Source: an uncultured Clostridium sp. (GTDB taxonomy: Bacteria > Bacillota > Clostridia > Ch29). From it: a stretch of DNA of 64,000 nt. Positions within the stretch are counted from its first letter, which is position 1; every line of letters begins with the position of its first letter. The notes under the pieces were generated by a model. The model was not told where the DNA came from, searched no databases, and saw only the letters and a program-made list of their open reading frames with translations. This document shows, one piece after another, positions 28,465 to 38,892 of this stretch. The translations under genes and the position numbers were made by a program. Location: the NCBI GenBank assembly GCA_964529035.1, contig CAZGUG010000001.1, positions 16,886 to 80,885 of the forward strand, read 5' to 3'.

Positions 28465-28476
28465 GGGGGGTAAATT

Positions 28477-28746
28477 ATGGGTGAAGGTTTGGTTTTGGAT
28501 ATTGCCAGAGAAGCGCTTTATACAATTTTGGTTATTTCAGCCCCGATACTTGGGTTTGCTTTGCTTGTGGGGCTTGTTGTAAGTATATTCCAGGCAACCA
28601 CGCAGATACAGGAACCTACACTGACCTTTATCCCAAAGATTCTGGCAGTACTGTTTTCGGCAATAGTATTTGGTCCCTGGATGCTTGGAATAATTATGGA
28701 TTTCACTATTAGGCTGTTTGGCAGTATTAACTCGTTTGTGTTTTAG
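28477..28746 (+). CDS. fliQ: Flagellar export apparatus protein FliQ.
   Basis: 89-aa two-TM protein between fliP and fliR. Confidence 0.88.
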   Translation: MGEGLVLDIAREALYTILVISAPILGFALLVGLVVSIFQATTQIQEPTLTFIPKILAVLFSAIVFGPWMLGIIMDFTIRLFGSINSFVF

Positions 28747-28755
28747 GATGTTTAT

Positions 28756-29535
28756 ATGGAAAATGTAATGCAAGAATTAATGATAAAATTTGAGATCTTT
28801 CTGATGCTGCTTGCCCGATGTTCGGCAATATTTCTGATTACCCCGATTTTCGGTCGCAGGAATTTGCCTGCAGTATTCAAAATCGGACTGGCATTTATTA
28901 TAAGTATAATTCTTGTGAATGTTGTTGAAGCGCCTCAAACCATGTATGGGAGTTTTATTGAGATTGCGGGCTTCATTATTAAAGAAGTGATTATTGGACT
29001 TATAATAGGTTTTGTTACATATGTGATTTTCGCATCCATATATTTTGCAGGACAGATAATCGATATGAAAACAGGTTTTGGAATAGTCAATGTCTTAGAC
29101 CCTCAGACCAATACACAGGTACCGATAATAGGTAATTTTTTGTATATATTCACACTGGTGGCCTTTATTACCATAGACGGACATCATATGATGCTGTCAG
29201 CACTGGTTAGAAGCTTTCAAATAGTACCGGTTGGAAAGCTGCAGATTACCGTAGAAGCCGTGAATGTATTTGCCGAAATTATGATGGATACCTTTATTAT
29301 CGGGTTTAAGATAAGTGCACCGGTTATCGCCGCCATACTGCTTACCGATGTAGCCCTGGGTATCCTGGCGAAGACTATGCCCCAGATGAATGTGTTCATG
29401 GTTGGTATGCCACTTAAGATACTGGTGGGAATATTTACACTGATGATTATGATACCGGTGTTTTCCACAGTAATCGAAGCCCTATTAAGAAATATGGCGG
29501 ACAGTATATATAAAATCCTGCTGCACCTTGGATAG
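28756..29535 (+). CDS. fliR: Flagellar export apparatus protein FliR.
   Basis: 259-aa polytopic membrane protein between fliQ and flhB. Confidence 0.85.
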   Translation: MENVMQELMIKFEIFLMLLARCSAIFLITPIFGRRNLPAVFKIGLAFIISIILVNVVEAPQTMYGSFIEIAGFIIKEVIIGLIIGFVTYVIFASIYFAGQIIDMKTGFGIVNVLDPQTNTQVPIIGNFLYIFTLVAFITIDGHHMMLSALVRSFQIVPVGKLQITVEAVNVFAEIMMDTFIIGFKISAPVIAAILLTDVALGILAKTMPQMNVFMVGMPLKILVGIFTLMIMIPVFSTVIEALLRNMADSIYKILLHLG

Positions 29536-29547
29536 GGAGGCTTTCAA

Positions 29548-30627
29548 ATGGAGTACATTAATCTTCAGCTTTTTGCCCAGGAAAAAACCGAAAAAGCAAC
29601 TCCGAAAAAGAGAAGGGATGTCAGGGAAAGGGGAAATATACCCCAGAGCAGGGAGCTTAATTCCGCCCTGGCACTTATCGGGTGCTTTGCAGTATTGTAT
29701 TTGTCTGCGTCCTATATAACCGATACTATAATGAAACAGGCGCATTATTTGCTGACTCTGCCAATAAACGACGGTCTGTTTTCTGTGGACGGGGTCCAGG
29801 GTTTACTGGCAACCGGTGTGACAGGGCTTCTGAAGGCGTCTGCCCCTGTGGCTGGAGCTGCCCTGTGCATAGGTCTTATGACAAGTTACCTGCAGGTGGG
29901 GTTTGTGTTCACCACAAAGCCACTGGTGCCCAGTTTAAACAGGCTTAATCCACTGGAGGGTCTAAAGAGGATTTTTTCGAGAAGGACTATCGCGCAGCTT
30001 GTAAAATCACTTCTAAAGGTCGCAATAGTAGGATATTTAACCTTTAGATACCTGATTGCCAGATACCCGGAGACCCCGAAGATGCTGGACATGGGACCGG
30101 TAAAGGTAATGGAAACCATAGGAGTGACCACAATAAGGGTGGGCCTTCTGGCGGGAGCTGCGCTTCTGGCGCTGGCAATATTTGATCTATATTATCAGAG
30201 ATATGAACATGAAAAGAGTATAATGATGACCAAACAGGAAGTCAGGGAAGAGTACAAACAGGTAGAGGGTAACCCGCAGATAAAATCGAAGATAAAGGAA
30301 AAGCAGAGGCAAATCTCCATGAGGAGAATGATGGCGGAAATACCCAAGGCAGACGTAGTCATAACAAATCCCAGCCATTTTGCCGTGGCTTTAAAGTATA
30401 AACCGGAAGTTGCAAAGGCTCCCTATGTGGTTGCAAAGGGGAAGGACCTGATTGCACTGAAGATCAGGGAGATAGCGAAGGAGAACAGAGTACAGGTGGT
30501 GGAGAATATAAACCTGGCCAGGAGCCTATACGAGACCACCGAAATAGGAGAAGTAATACCGCCTGAGCTTTATCAGTCGGTGGCGGAGGTCCTGGCATTC
30601 GTATACAGCATGGACAAAAAAAGCTGA
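29548..30627 (+). CDS. flhB: Flagellar export switch protein FlhB.
   Basis: Four N-terminal TM segments; autocleavage-site variant NPSH (VVITNPSHFAVALKY); C-terminal domain IPPELYQSVAEVLAFVY. Confidence 0.92.
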   Translation: MEYINLQLFAQEKTEKATPKKRRDVRERGNIPQSRELNSALALIGCFAVLYLSASYITDTIMKQAHYLLTLPINDGLFSVDGVQGLLATGVTGLLKASAPVAGAALCIGLMTSYLQVGFVFTTKPLVPSLNRLNPLEGLKRIFSRRTIAQLVKSLLKVAIVGYLTFRYLIARYPETPKMLDMGPVKVMETIGVTTIRVGLLAGAALLALAIFDLYYQRYEHEKSIMMTKQEVREEYKQVEGNPQIKSKIKEKQRQISMRRMMAEIPKADVVITNPSHFAVALKYKPEVAKAPYVVAKGKDLIALKIREIAKENRVQVVENINLARSLYETTEIGEVIPPELYQSVAEVLAFVYSMDKKS

Positions 30628-30646
30628 TTACAAGAGGTGCTTGTAA

Positions 30647-32677
30647 ATGAGATTTGGAGACATGATAGTAGCAATTCTGGTTATCTCGATAGTTATAATG
30701 ATTATTATACCACTGCCTACAGGCCTGATAGATTTTTTGCTGACCTTTAACATAACTTTGTCGCTTCTCATACTGCTTATAGCCATGTATCTGACAGAGC
30801 CGTTGCAGTTTTCGATATTTCCGTCCATGCTGCTTTTGACCACGCTGCTTAGATTATCCCTCAATGTATCTACTACACGGCTGATACTGAGGGATGCTGA
30901 TGCAGGGCAGGTCATAAGGGCCTTCGGGGATTTTGTTGTCGGGGGCAACGCATTGGTGGGATTTATAATATTTCTTATTATAGTAATTATTCAGTTTATC
31001 GTAATTACCAAGGGGGCGGAACGGGTCGCGGAAGTGGCGGCAAGGTTTACGCTGGATGCCATGCCGGGCAAACAGATGGCCATTGACGCGGACTTAAATG
31101 CGGGACTTATAAATGAAAACGAGGCCAAAGAGAGAAGGAAAAAGGTAGAAAGGTCTGCTGACTTTTACGGTGCAATGGACGGTGCAACCAAATTTGTCAA
31201 GGGAGATGCCATCGCCGGGATTATTATTACGCTGATAAATATTGGTGCCGGCCTGGTCATAGGAATGATGCAAAGGGGTATGGATTTTCAAAGCGCGATT
31301 TCCACCTACTCGCTTCTGACGGTGGGTGACGGACTTGTAAGCCAGATACCCGCTCTGCTTATTTCTACATCCGCAGGTATTGTGGTTACAAAAACCGCTT
31401 CAGAGTCCAATCTGGGCAGCGAGATAACCAGGCAGTTGATTGCACAGCCGAGGGTAATGCATCTCTCGGCCGGGGTTCTTGCAGTTCTGGGGATGGTGCC
31501 GGCACTGCCCCAACTGCCGCTTTTTACAATGGCACTGCTGATGGCTGTTATGGGATTTTTGGTAAACAGGGCAGCTGCCGAAAGGGATATGGAAGACAGG
31601 GAGGAAATTGAGCCGGCGCGGCTTGAAGAATTGAGAAAGCCGGAAAACGTTATGGGCCTGCTCCAGGTAGACCCTATAGAAGTGGAGTTTGGATACGCAA
31701 TAATACCGCTGGCTGATGTTAATCAGGGCGGCGATCTCCTGGACAGGGTGGTCATGATAAGAAGACAGCTGGCCATAGAACTTGGGATGGTGGTACCGAT
31801 AATCCGACTTAGGGATAATATACAGCTTGGTCCCAACAATTACATAATAAAAATAAAGGGAGTAGAAGTGGCAGACGGTGAACTGCAAATGGACGGGTTT
31901 TTGGCAATGGACCCCGGCACCGCCGAAGGCGAAATCGACGGTACAGAAACATTGGAGCCGGCCTTTGGTCTGCCTGCTAAATGGATTGGGGAAGAGGAAA
32001 GGGAAAAAGCAGAACTCCTCGGCTATACTGTGGTTGATCCGCCTACGGTTATATCCACCCATCTCACCGAAACGATAAAATCCCATGTACATGAACTGTT
32101 GGGCCGACAGGAAGTGAAAAAACTGGTGGATAACATAAAAGACAACTACCCCGCCCTTGTGGATGAATTAATACCAAAGCAAATGACCTATGGAGAAGTA
32201 CAAAAGGTTCTGAGCAATCTCTTAAAGGAAGGTGTTTCTATAAGGGACTTGGTGACCATTATGGAAACACTGGCCGATTATGCCGGTGTGACCCGTGACC
32301 CTGATATGCTGACCGAGTATGTAAGACAAGCCCTTGCCCGGACCATATCGAAAAAATTTATTCCCGGGAAAAAGGCAAAGGTGGTCACACTGGCACAGAA
32401 CCTGGAGGACAAGATTATGGATTCAATACAGCAGACCGAACAGGGGAACTATATTACCCTTGACCCGGCGGTGACCAAAGAAATAATAAACAACCTAACC
32501 AATCAATTGGAAAAGTTTAATCAGCTGGGGCAGCAGCCTATAGTACTCACATCACCGGTTGTTAGGCTGTATTTCAAAAAGCTTACCGAGCAGTTTATGC
32601 CAAAACTGGTGGTTCTGTCATACAATGAGCTGGATCCCGGTATAGAAATACAATCGATGGGGATGGTGAACGCATAA
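30647..32677 (+). CDS. flhA: Flagellar export apparatus protein FlhA.
   Basis: 676 aa with N-terminal polytopic membrane domain, FHIPEP signature region and large cytoplasmic domain. Confidence 0.93.
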   Translation: MRFGDMIVAILVISIVIMIIIPLPTGLIDFLLTFNITLSLLILLIAMYLTEPLQFSIFPSMLLLTTLLRLSLNVSTTRLILRDADAGQVIRAFGDFVVGGNALVGFIIFLIIVIIQFIVITKGAERVAEVAARFTLDAMPGKQMAIDADLNAGLINENEAKERRKKVERSADFYGAMDGATKFVKGDAIAGIIITLINIGAGLVIGMMQRGMDFQSAISTYSLLTVGDGLVSQIPALLISTSAGIVVTKTASESNLGSEITRQLIAQPRVMHLSAGVLAVLGMVPALPQLPLFTMALLMAVMGFLVNRAAAERDMEDREEIEPARLEELRKPENVMGLLQVDPIEVEFGYAIIPLADVNQGGDLLDRVVMIRRQLAIELGMVVPIIRLRDNIQLGPNNYIIKIKGVEVADGELQMDGFLAMDPGTAEGEIDGTETLEPAFGLPAKWIGEEEREKAELLGYTVVDPPTVISTHLTETIKSHVHELLGRQEVKKLVDNIKDNYPALVDELIPKQMTYGEVQKVLSNLLKEGVSIRDLVTIMETLADYAGVTRDPDMLTEYVRQALARTISKKFIPGKKAKVVTLAQNLEDKIMDSIQQTEQGNYITLDPAVTKEIINNLTNQLEKFNQLGQQPIVLTSPVVRLYFKKLTEQFMPKLVVLSYNELDPGIEIQSMGMVNA

Positions 32678-33765
32678 TGAAGATGAAACGGTATGTAGGT
32701 CAATCGGTGGAAGAAGCACTGCAAAGGATTAAGAGCGAGATGGGAAACAATGCGGTAATTCTGAACAAAAGAAGAATAAAGCCCGGGAAGGGTATATTTA
32801 AGATTTTCAAAAAACCTGTATATGAAATACTGGCGGCAATAGACGAGTACGAGTATAATGCCGGTCCAACCGATAAAAGCTCAGACAACGGGTATAGAGG
32901 GCTTGAAAAGAAGGTGGACAGGCTGAATACTTCTATAGATGCAATTATAAATAAAATGGCACCCGATGTCGGTGATGACCTGCCGGACAACCTGGCATCC
33001 TTTTATGCACTGATGAAGGATAACGATATAGACCCGGAGATTATCCATTTTATAATTGAGGGCGTAAAAAATAAAATCAATTTGAATACCGAATATGACA
33101 AGGAATACCTTTATTATAAATTCAAGCAGGAGATAGCTGCGTGTTTTAAAAAGGTTAAACCCATCGAGCTGTCAAATGGAGAACCGGCGGTTGCAGTCTT
33201 TGTAGGACCTACGGGTGTCGGAAAAACAACAACACTGGCAAAATTGGCGGCGCATTATGCAGTTATCATGAAGAAAAAGGTAGGAATAGTAACATGCGAT
33301 ACTTACAGAATAGCGGCGGTTGAGCAGCTTAAAACCTACAGCGAGATTATGAATGTCCCAATAAAGGTGATATACCAGCATGGGGATATAGAGGATGCAA
33401 TGACTGAATTCAGGGATAAGGACGTTATACTTGTTGACACCGCCGGAGGAAGCCACAGGGATAAAATTAAACTTATGGAACTGAAAAAAACACTTAAAAA
33501 GGTGGGTAAACAGCAAACCTTCCTGGTTTTAAGCGCCGCAACGAATTATAAAAACTCGATGGATATTATCTCAAGCTATAATTTTTTAAAGGACTACAGG
33601 CTTCTCATTACAAAGATTGATGAGAGCATTTCAAACGGTATAATATTAAACCTTGCGGTTAAAAGCTCCAAAGCGCTATCCTACATAACAACCGGTCAGA
33701 ACGTTCCCGATGACATTGAAAAGGTAGACGGTGAAAGAATAGCTTCCCTGATACTAAATGGTTAA
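32677..33765 (+). CDS. flhF: Flagellar SRP-type GTPase FlhF.
   Basis: [11 protein letters not shown]-loop, DTAG, TKIDE SRP-GTPase motifs; the start overlaps the flhA stop. Confidence 0.9.
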   Translation: MKMKRYVGQSVEEALQRIKSEMGNNAVILNKRRIKPGKGIFKIFKKPVYEILAAIDEYEYNAGPTDKSSDNGYRGLEKKVDRLNTSIDAIINKMAPDVGDDLPDNLASFYALMKDNDIDPEIIHFIIEGVKNKINLNTEYDKEYLYYKFKQEIAACFKKVKPIELSNGEPAVAVFVGPTGVGKTTTLAKLAAHYAVIMKKKVGIVTCDTYRIAAVEQLKTYSEIMNVPIKVIYQHGDIEDAMTEFRDKDVILVDTAGGSHRDKIKLMELKKTLKKVGKQQTFLVLSAATNYKNSMDIISSYNFLKDYRLLITKIDESISNGIILNLAVKSSKALSYITTGQNVPDDIEKVDGERIASLILNG

Positions 33766-33789
33766 CAGTCAGGAAATGGGGGTTAAAGT

Positions 33790-34713
33790 ATGGCTAAAAC
33801 AAGCCCAGGGATTGACCAGGCGGAAAACTTAAGAAAAATTGTAAGCGGTTTGAAGGAAAGATCTGAAAAAATAATAGAACGTTCTGTAAGAAAAACCAGA
33901 AAAAAAGCCAGGCTGATTGCAGTAACAAGCGGAAAGGGCGGAGTGGGAAAAACAAGCCTGACGGTAAATCTTGCCGTGCAGCTCGGCCAAAGAGGTTACA
34001 GGGTAATAGTCATTGACGGTGATTTGGGTCTTGCAAACGTGGAAGTAATGCTTGGGATAGTACCCAAATACAGTATGTATGAACTGGTCAACTCACAAAA
34101 GCGCCTTTCTGATATTATTACCGATGGTCCGGCCGGCATCAAGTTTATTTCAGGTGGAACCGGCATTATTGAGATGGCCGGTTTGGAGCGGCAGAAATTT
34201 GATAAGATTTTACAATCACTGACTGCCCTTGACAATTATGCGGATTTTATTCTTATAGACACCGGGGCGGGAATCACAAAGGATGTAATGAAATTTGTGC
34301 TGGCAGTACAGGAGGTAATACTGGTTACAAGTTCGGAACCCACTTCTGTTACGGATGCTTATGCAGTTCTTAAGGTAATCAGTACCGGGAATACAGAATG
34401 CAGGGTGAAGATATTGACTAATATGGTAGACAGCCCTTCGGAGGCACGGGATATATATGCGCGATTAAACACGGCAGCAAAAAAATTCCTCGGTACAGAG
34501 ACTGAAAACCTTGGCTATCTGCAAAAGGATTCGGCTGTTAGTAAGGCGATAAAGAAGCAGATTCCGTTTTTGCTCGGTTATCCAAAAAGCCCGGCCTCGA
34601 AGGGAGTTAGAGAGATTACAGAGAGACTTATTGAAAACACCGAGTTAACCAGGGAACCCGAAGGGGTAAGACAGTTTTTAACCAGGATATACACGACTTT
34701 AAGTTCTTCGTAA
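33790..34713 (+). CDS. flhG: MinD/ParA-type ATPase FlhG (YlxH), the flagellar number regulator.
   Basis: Deviant Walker A SGKGGVGKTS; follows flhF. Confidence 0.88.
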   Translation: MAKTSPGIDQAENLRKIVSGLKERSEKIIERSVRKTRKKARLIAVTSGKGGVGKTSLTVNLAVQLGQRGYRVIVIDGDLGLANVEVMLGIVPKYSMYELVNSQKRLSDIITDGPAGIKFISGGTGIIEMAGLERQKFDKILQSLTALDNYADFILIDTGAGITKDVMKFVLAVQEVILVTSSEPTSVTDAYAVLKVISTGNTECRVKILTNMVDSPSEARDIYARLNTAAKKFLGTETENLGYLQKDSAVSKAIKKQIPFLLGYPKSPASKGVREITERLIENTELTREPEGVRQFLTRIYTTLSSS

Positions 34714-34734
34714 TGAAAGGCAGGTAGCAGCAAA

Positions 34735-35391
34735 GTGGATAACAGGATAAAGATTGGTGATAAACTCTGTATAGTAATGAAAAGCAGAACCTCCGGAAAG
34801 GAAAGAATGTCGGTAAGTCAACTGTTGGAGGACTGCGGCGGCGGTGAATATATCATATCAACGCCGATTTCCAAGGGAAGGCTTATTCCCATACGGCCGG
34901 GTACCGAAATAAAACTGATATATTACAGGAAGAACGGCATATTCAGTTTTGGAGCAAAGGTTACAGAAAGGAAGGGTGGGAGGCTTCCAACCATGAAAGT
35001 ACAGGCACTGTCCGCCCCGCAAAGAACCCAAAGAAGGGACTATTACAGGTTAGAGGCCGTTTTGTCGGTTAAGGTGTATTATAGACCCGAACCGGAAAGC
35101 TCCGAGCTTGCGGTAATGGAATGTGTTACCCTGGATATAAGTGCCGGGGGCCTGAAGCTAGCTTCCGACGTTAATATTGAAGAGGATGAACATATCATAT
35201 GCGAGATTAACATTCTGGATAAGGTGCTTTCAATAAACGGAAAGGTAATAAGAAATTTAGCCGTGTATAACCAGGAATACGAGTATGAATTGGGAGTGCA
35301 GTTTGTTGGACTGAACGAAAAAACCAGGCTTGAACTTATAAGCTTTATATTTGAGGAGGAAAGAAAACTAAAAAGAAAAGGACTGATATAG
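34735..35391 (+). CDS. PilZ-domain c-di-GMP receptor (YcgR/MotI-like flagellar brake candidate).
   Basis: RxxxR motif (QRRDYYRLEA) and D-x-S-x-GG motif (DISAGGLKL) are intact; an N-terminal YcgR-like domain is present; GTG start. Confidence 0.75.
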   Translation: MDNRIKIGDKLCIVMKSRTSGKERMSVSQLLEDCGGGEYIISTPISKGRLIPIRPGTEIKLIYYRKNGIFSFGAKVTERKGGRLPTMKVQALSAPQRTQRRDYYRLEAVLSVKVYYRPEPESSELAVMECVTLDISAGGLKLASDVNIEEDEHIICEINILDKVLSINGKVIRNLAVYNQEYEYELGVQFVGLNEKTRLELISFIFEEERKLKRKGLI

Positions 35392-36474
35392 TTGCACAGA
35401 ATAAGGGTCATGATAGTGGACGATTCGGCCTATATGAGACAGTTAATTGCGGGAATGCTGGAAAAACACAAAAATATTCAGGTAGTTGCAAGGGCGAGAA
35501 ATGGAATGGAAGCCCTGGAGAAAATAGAGCAGGAAATAATAGACGTAATTACAATGGATATCGAAATGCCCGGGATGAACGGGCTTGAAGTACTCGAGCG
35601 CATTATGAGTACAAAACAAATACCCGTGGTTATGTTAAGCAGTTTTATTAAAAACAGAGCCTCAGAAACCATAGAAGCCCTGAATCTTGGAGCCGTTGAC
35701 TTTATAACAAAACCTTCCAATATACTGGATTTGAGTACCAAAAAGCTGGAGGCGGAGCTTGTAGAAAAGATTACGGTAGCCTCAGGGGCAAAGCTTGTAG
35801 GCGGCACAGCATACCGGCAGCCTCCCAGAAGGCCGGCGGATGAAACAAAGGCGGGCAGTTTGCCTTTGAAAAACATAATTGCGATAGGCACCTCGACGGG
35901 AGGGCCAAGGGCGCTGCAGCAGGTAATACCGGTTATACCGGGGAATCTAGACGGAGCGGTACTGGTAGTACAGCATATGCCGCCGGGATTTACAAAATCC
36001 CTGGCCGAAAGGCTGGATTCGATAAGCAGATTAAGAGTAAAGGAAGCGGAGGACGGTGAAACTGTAAAAACGGGGTTTTGCTATATAGCACCGGGGGATA
36101 TGCATATGCGCATATTTCAAAAGTCTGAGGAAGGGGAATGTATTATCAAACTGGACAGGGGGGAGCTTGTCCGGGGGCACAGGCCTTCGGTGGATGTGTT
36201 GTTTGAATCCTTAACAGGGGTGCAGATTTACAGTGCTGTGGCTGTCATTATGACTGGAATGGGGAACGATGGAGCCCGAGGCATTGCAAAGCTGAAACAA
36301 AAAAGGGGCTGGCCTACAATTGCGCAGGATGAAAAATCATCGGTTGTGTTCGGAATGCCGGCTTCAGCAATAAAACTGGGTGCCATAGACAAGGTAGCAG
36401 CCCTTGACGATATAGGGCAGGAAATTCTTAAAAGTCTGGAGGTGTTGTCAAATGGACCCAAATCAGTTTCTTGA
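35392..36474 (+). CDS. cheB: Chemotaxis methylesterase CheB.
   Basis: Receiver domain (IRVMIVDDSAYMR...ITMDIEMPGMNG) plus methylesterase domain (GTSTGGPRAL, catalytic Ser/His/Asp region); TTG start. Confidence 0.9.
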   Translation: MHRIRVMIVDDSAYMRQLIAGMLEKHKNIQVVARARNGMEALEKIEQEIIDVITMDIEMPGMNGLEVLERIMSTKQIPVVMLSSFIKNRASETIEALNLGAVDFITKPSNILDLSTKKLEAELVEKITVASGAKLVGGTAYRQPPRRPADETKAGSLPLKNIIAIGTSTGGPRALQQVIPVIPGNLDGAVLVVQHMPPGFTKSLAERLDSISRLRVKEAEDGETVKTGFCYIAPGDMHMRIFQKSEEGECIIKLDRGELVRGHRPSVDVLFESLTGVQIYSAVAVIMTGMGNDGARGIAKLKQKRGWPTIAQDEKSSVVFGMPASAIKLGAIDKVAALDDIGQEILKSLEVLSNGPKSVS

Positions 36475-38428
36475 TATTTTTCTTGAAGAATCAAACGAAC
36501 ACTTGGAAAGTTTGAACAACTGCCTGCTGGAATTGGAGAGAAACCCCGCAGACAGGGAAGTGCTGGATGAAATATTCAGAATATCCCACACCATTAAAGG
36601 TATGGCAGGTACCATGGGGTTTAACAGGACAGCGGAACTCACCCATGAAATGGAAAACCTTCTGGATGATATCAGAAAGCATAAAATCAGTGTGGATACG
36701 GGTTTGGTGGACCTATTATTTGAATGCCTTGACGAGCTGCAAATCATAATAAACACAATTGCACTGGAGGGCGTTGAAGGCGATAAAGAAGTATCCTTAC
36801 TGATAAATAGGTTAAGAAAGGTTCTTAACAAGGAGGAAATTAAGGTAGAAACCGAAGACAGCGGACAAAAAAATGATATGGAACTGAATATGCATGAAAG
36901 CGGAGTGGTCAGCAAGGCAAAACAGCAGGGGTTCAACTGTTTCATAATCGAAGTGAGGCTGGACAAAAGCTGCATGCTGAAATCCGCCAGGGCATTCGTG
37001 ATATTCAATACTCTGGAGAAAAAGGGCGAAATAATCAAATCGTATCCAAGCGTGGAAGACATCGAAGACGAAAGATTTAATGACTTATTGAAACTGGTTC
37101 TGATAAGCAGGGATAGTATGGATGAAATCCGGAAGAGCCTGGATTTAGTTTCGGAAATTTCAGATATAAAAATTCACGAAACAAATATTCCGGACGAAAT
37201 TGACAATATCAATGTAAATGAAGAGACTGCGGGTGTTTCATCCGGAGGGCCGGAGGACAGGAGCCTCGCCAAAAAAAGTATTACCGGAAAGACGGTCAGG
37301 GTTGATATTGAAAGACTGGACAATCTTATGAATCTGGTCAGCGAATTAATAATTATTAAAACACGGCTTGAGGAAAACAAGGGTGACGAAGGCAGCGGCG
37401 GTGATACAGAAGCCCTTGAATATCTTGAAAGGATTACGACCAATCTGCATGATGCAGTAATGAAAGTAAGAATGGTTCCTATTGAAAGGGTATTCAACAG
37501 GTTTCCCCGAATGGTAAGGGACCTGTCCAAGGACCTGGGTAAAAGGATTAAGTTGTATATGTACGGGGAAGAAACCGAGGTTGACAGGACAGTAATTGAT
37601 GAAATAGGAGACCCTTTAATACACCTGATACGTAATTCAATAGACCACGGAATTGAGCAGGTGGACGAAAGGAATAGGCTGGGGAAACCATCAGAGGGTA
37701 AAGTAACCCTCAGGGCGTTCCATGACGGGAATACGGTAGTAATAGAAGTGGAAGATGACGGTAAGGGAATAGATGTGAAGAAAGTTTCAAACAAGGCGGT
37801 TGAATTGGATTTATACAGCAGACAGCAGATAGAGCAGTTAAGCCACGAAGAACTGACAAATCTGATATTTTACCCCGGTTTCAGCACATCCTTGTCAGTT
37901 TCCGATCTTTCGGGCAGAGGCGTAGGACTTGATGTTGTAAAAACCAAAATAGAATCCCTGGGTGGAATGGTAGAGGTGGAAAGCGAACCGGATATAGGGA
38001 CAAAGTTTGTAATAAGGCTGCCGCTGACTTTGGCAATTATACAGGCGCTGCTGGTCAGCCTGGGTAGAGAGAGCTATGCAATTCCGCTGAGTTCCATAAA
38101 GGAAATTGTGACAATGGAACATACCGAAACAAAAAAAGTACAGGATAGGGAGGTAGTAATGTTAAGGGGCGAACTGCTGCCCGTAGTAAGGCTGGATAAG
38201 GAACTGGAAGTGGAAGAAAGAAGTGATATGGGAAACCAGATGACGGTGGTAGTTGTTAAAAAAGGTGAAAAGCTGGCCGGAATGGTAGTGGACAGTCTGA
38301 TTGGACAGCAGGAAATTGTAATAAAGGCCCTGGGCAAATACCTGGTCGGAATAAAACATATTGCAGGGGCTACTATCCTGGGTGACGGCAGAGTCTCATT
38401 AATACTGGACACCAATCAATTCTTCTAG
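36452..38428 (+). CDS. cheA: Chemotaxis histidine kinase CheA.
   Basis: HPt P1 domain (HTIKGMAGTMGF), dimerisation domain, HATPase (N, G1, G2 boxes) and C-terminal CheW-like domain. Confidence 0.93.
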   Translation: MDPNQFLDIFLEESNEHLESLNNCLLELERNPADREVLDEIFRISHTIKGMAGTMGFNRTAELTHEMENLLDDIRKHKISVDTGLVDLLFECLDELQIIINTIALEGVEGDKEVSLLINRLRKVLNKEEIKVETEDSGQKNDMELNMHESGVVSKAKQQGFNCFIIEVRLDKSCMLKSARAFVIFNTLEKKGEIIKSYPSVEDIEDERFNDLLKLVLISRDSMDEIRKSLDLVSEISDIKIHETNIPDEIDNINVNEETAGVSSGGPEDRSLAKKSITGKTVRVDIERLDNLMNLVSELIIIKTRLEENKGDEGSGGDTEALEYLERITTNLHDAVMKVRMVPIERVFNRFPRMVRDLSKDLGKRIKLYMYGEETEVDRTVIDEIGDPLIHLIRNSIDHGIEQVDERNRLGKPSEGKVTLRAFHDGNTVVIEVEDDGKGIDVKKVSNKAVELDLYSRQQIEQLSHEELTNLIFYPGFSTSLSVSDLSGRGVGLDVVKTKIESLGGMVEVESEPDIGTKFVIRLPLTLAIIQALLVSLGRESYAIPLSSIKEIVTMEHTETKKVQDREVVMLRGELLPVVRLDKELEVEERSDMGNQMTVVVVKKGEKLAGMVVDSLIGQQEIVIKALGKYLVGIKHIAGATILGDGRVSLILDTNQFF

Positions 38429-38446
38429 CGATAAGGAGTGATTTTG

Positions 38447-38872
38447 ATGGCCGAGAAACAGTATGTGGTTTTTAATCTGGACGGGCAGGAGTTTGCTGTT
38501 GACATAAACAGGGTAAAAACAATAGAGAAGGTTACTCCGATCACGAGGGTTCCGGGTTCCTTGGACTTTATAATGGGAGTAATAAACCTAAGGGGCGAGG
38601 TAATACCCGTTATAGATATGAGAAGAAGGATGGGGATGAAGCCCGGAAAGTTCAACGACGAGAGTAGGATTATCATAGTAGTGGTAAATGACATGGAAGT
38701 GGGAATGACCGCCGATTCCGCCAATGAAGTGATAAATATTGAAGACGACCAGGTAGAAAACAATATGGAATTTTCGCGTAATATTGATGACAGCTTTGTT
38801 GAAGGGGTAGGAAAAGCAGAAAAGAGGATAGTTGTTATTCTAAATCTGGAAAGGATACTCAAAATTGATTAG
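38447..38872 (+). CDS. cheW: Chemotaxis coupling protein CheW.
   Basis: About 140-aa CheW-fold protein (QYVVFNLDGQEFAVDINRVKTIEKV...) following cheA. Confidence 0.88.
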   Translation: MAEKQYVVFNLDGQEFAVDINRVKTIEKVTPITRVPGSLDFIMGVINLRGEVIPVIDMRRRMGMKPGKFNDESRIIIVVVNDMEVGMTADSANEVINIEDDQVENNMEFSRNIDDSFVEGVGKAEKRIVVILNLERILKID

Positions 38873-38892
38873 CGGATCGGAGGTGTCTGAAT

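Noticed and set aside
29548-30627. FlhB autocleavage motif reads NPSH rather than canonical NPTH.
   Set aside because: A conservative Thr-to-Ser change that is probably compatible with autocleavage. Not enough to call it a variant switch without an alignment across relatives.
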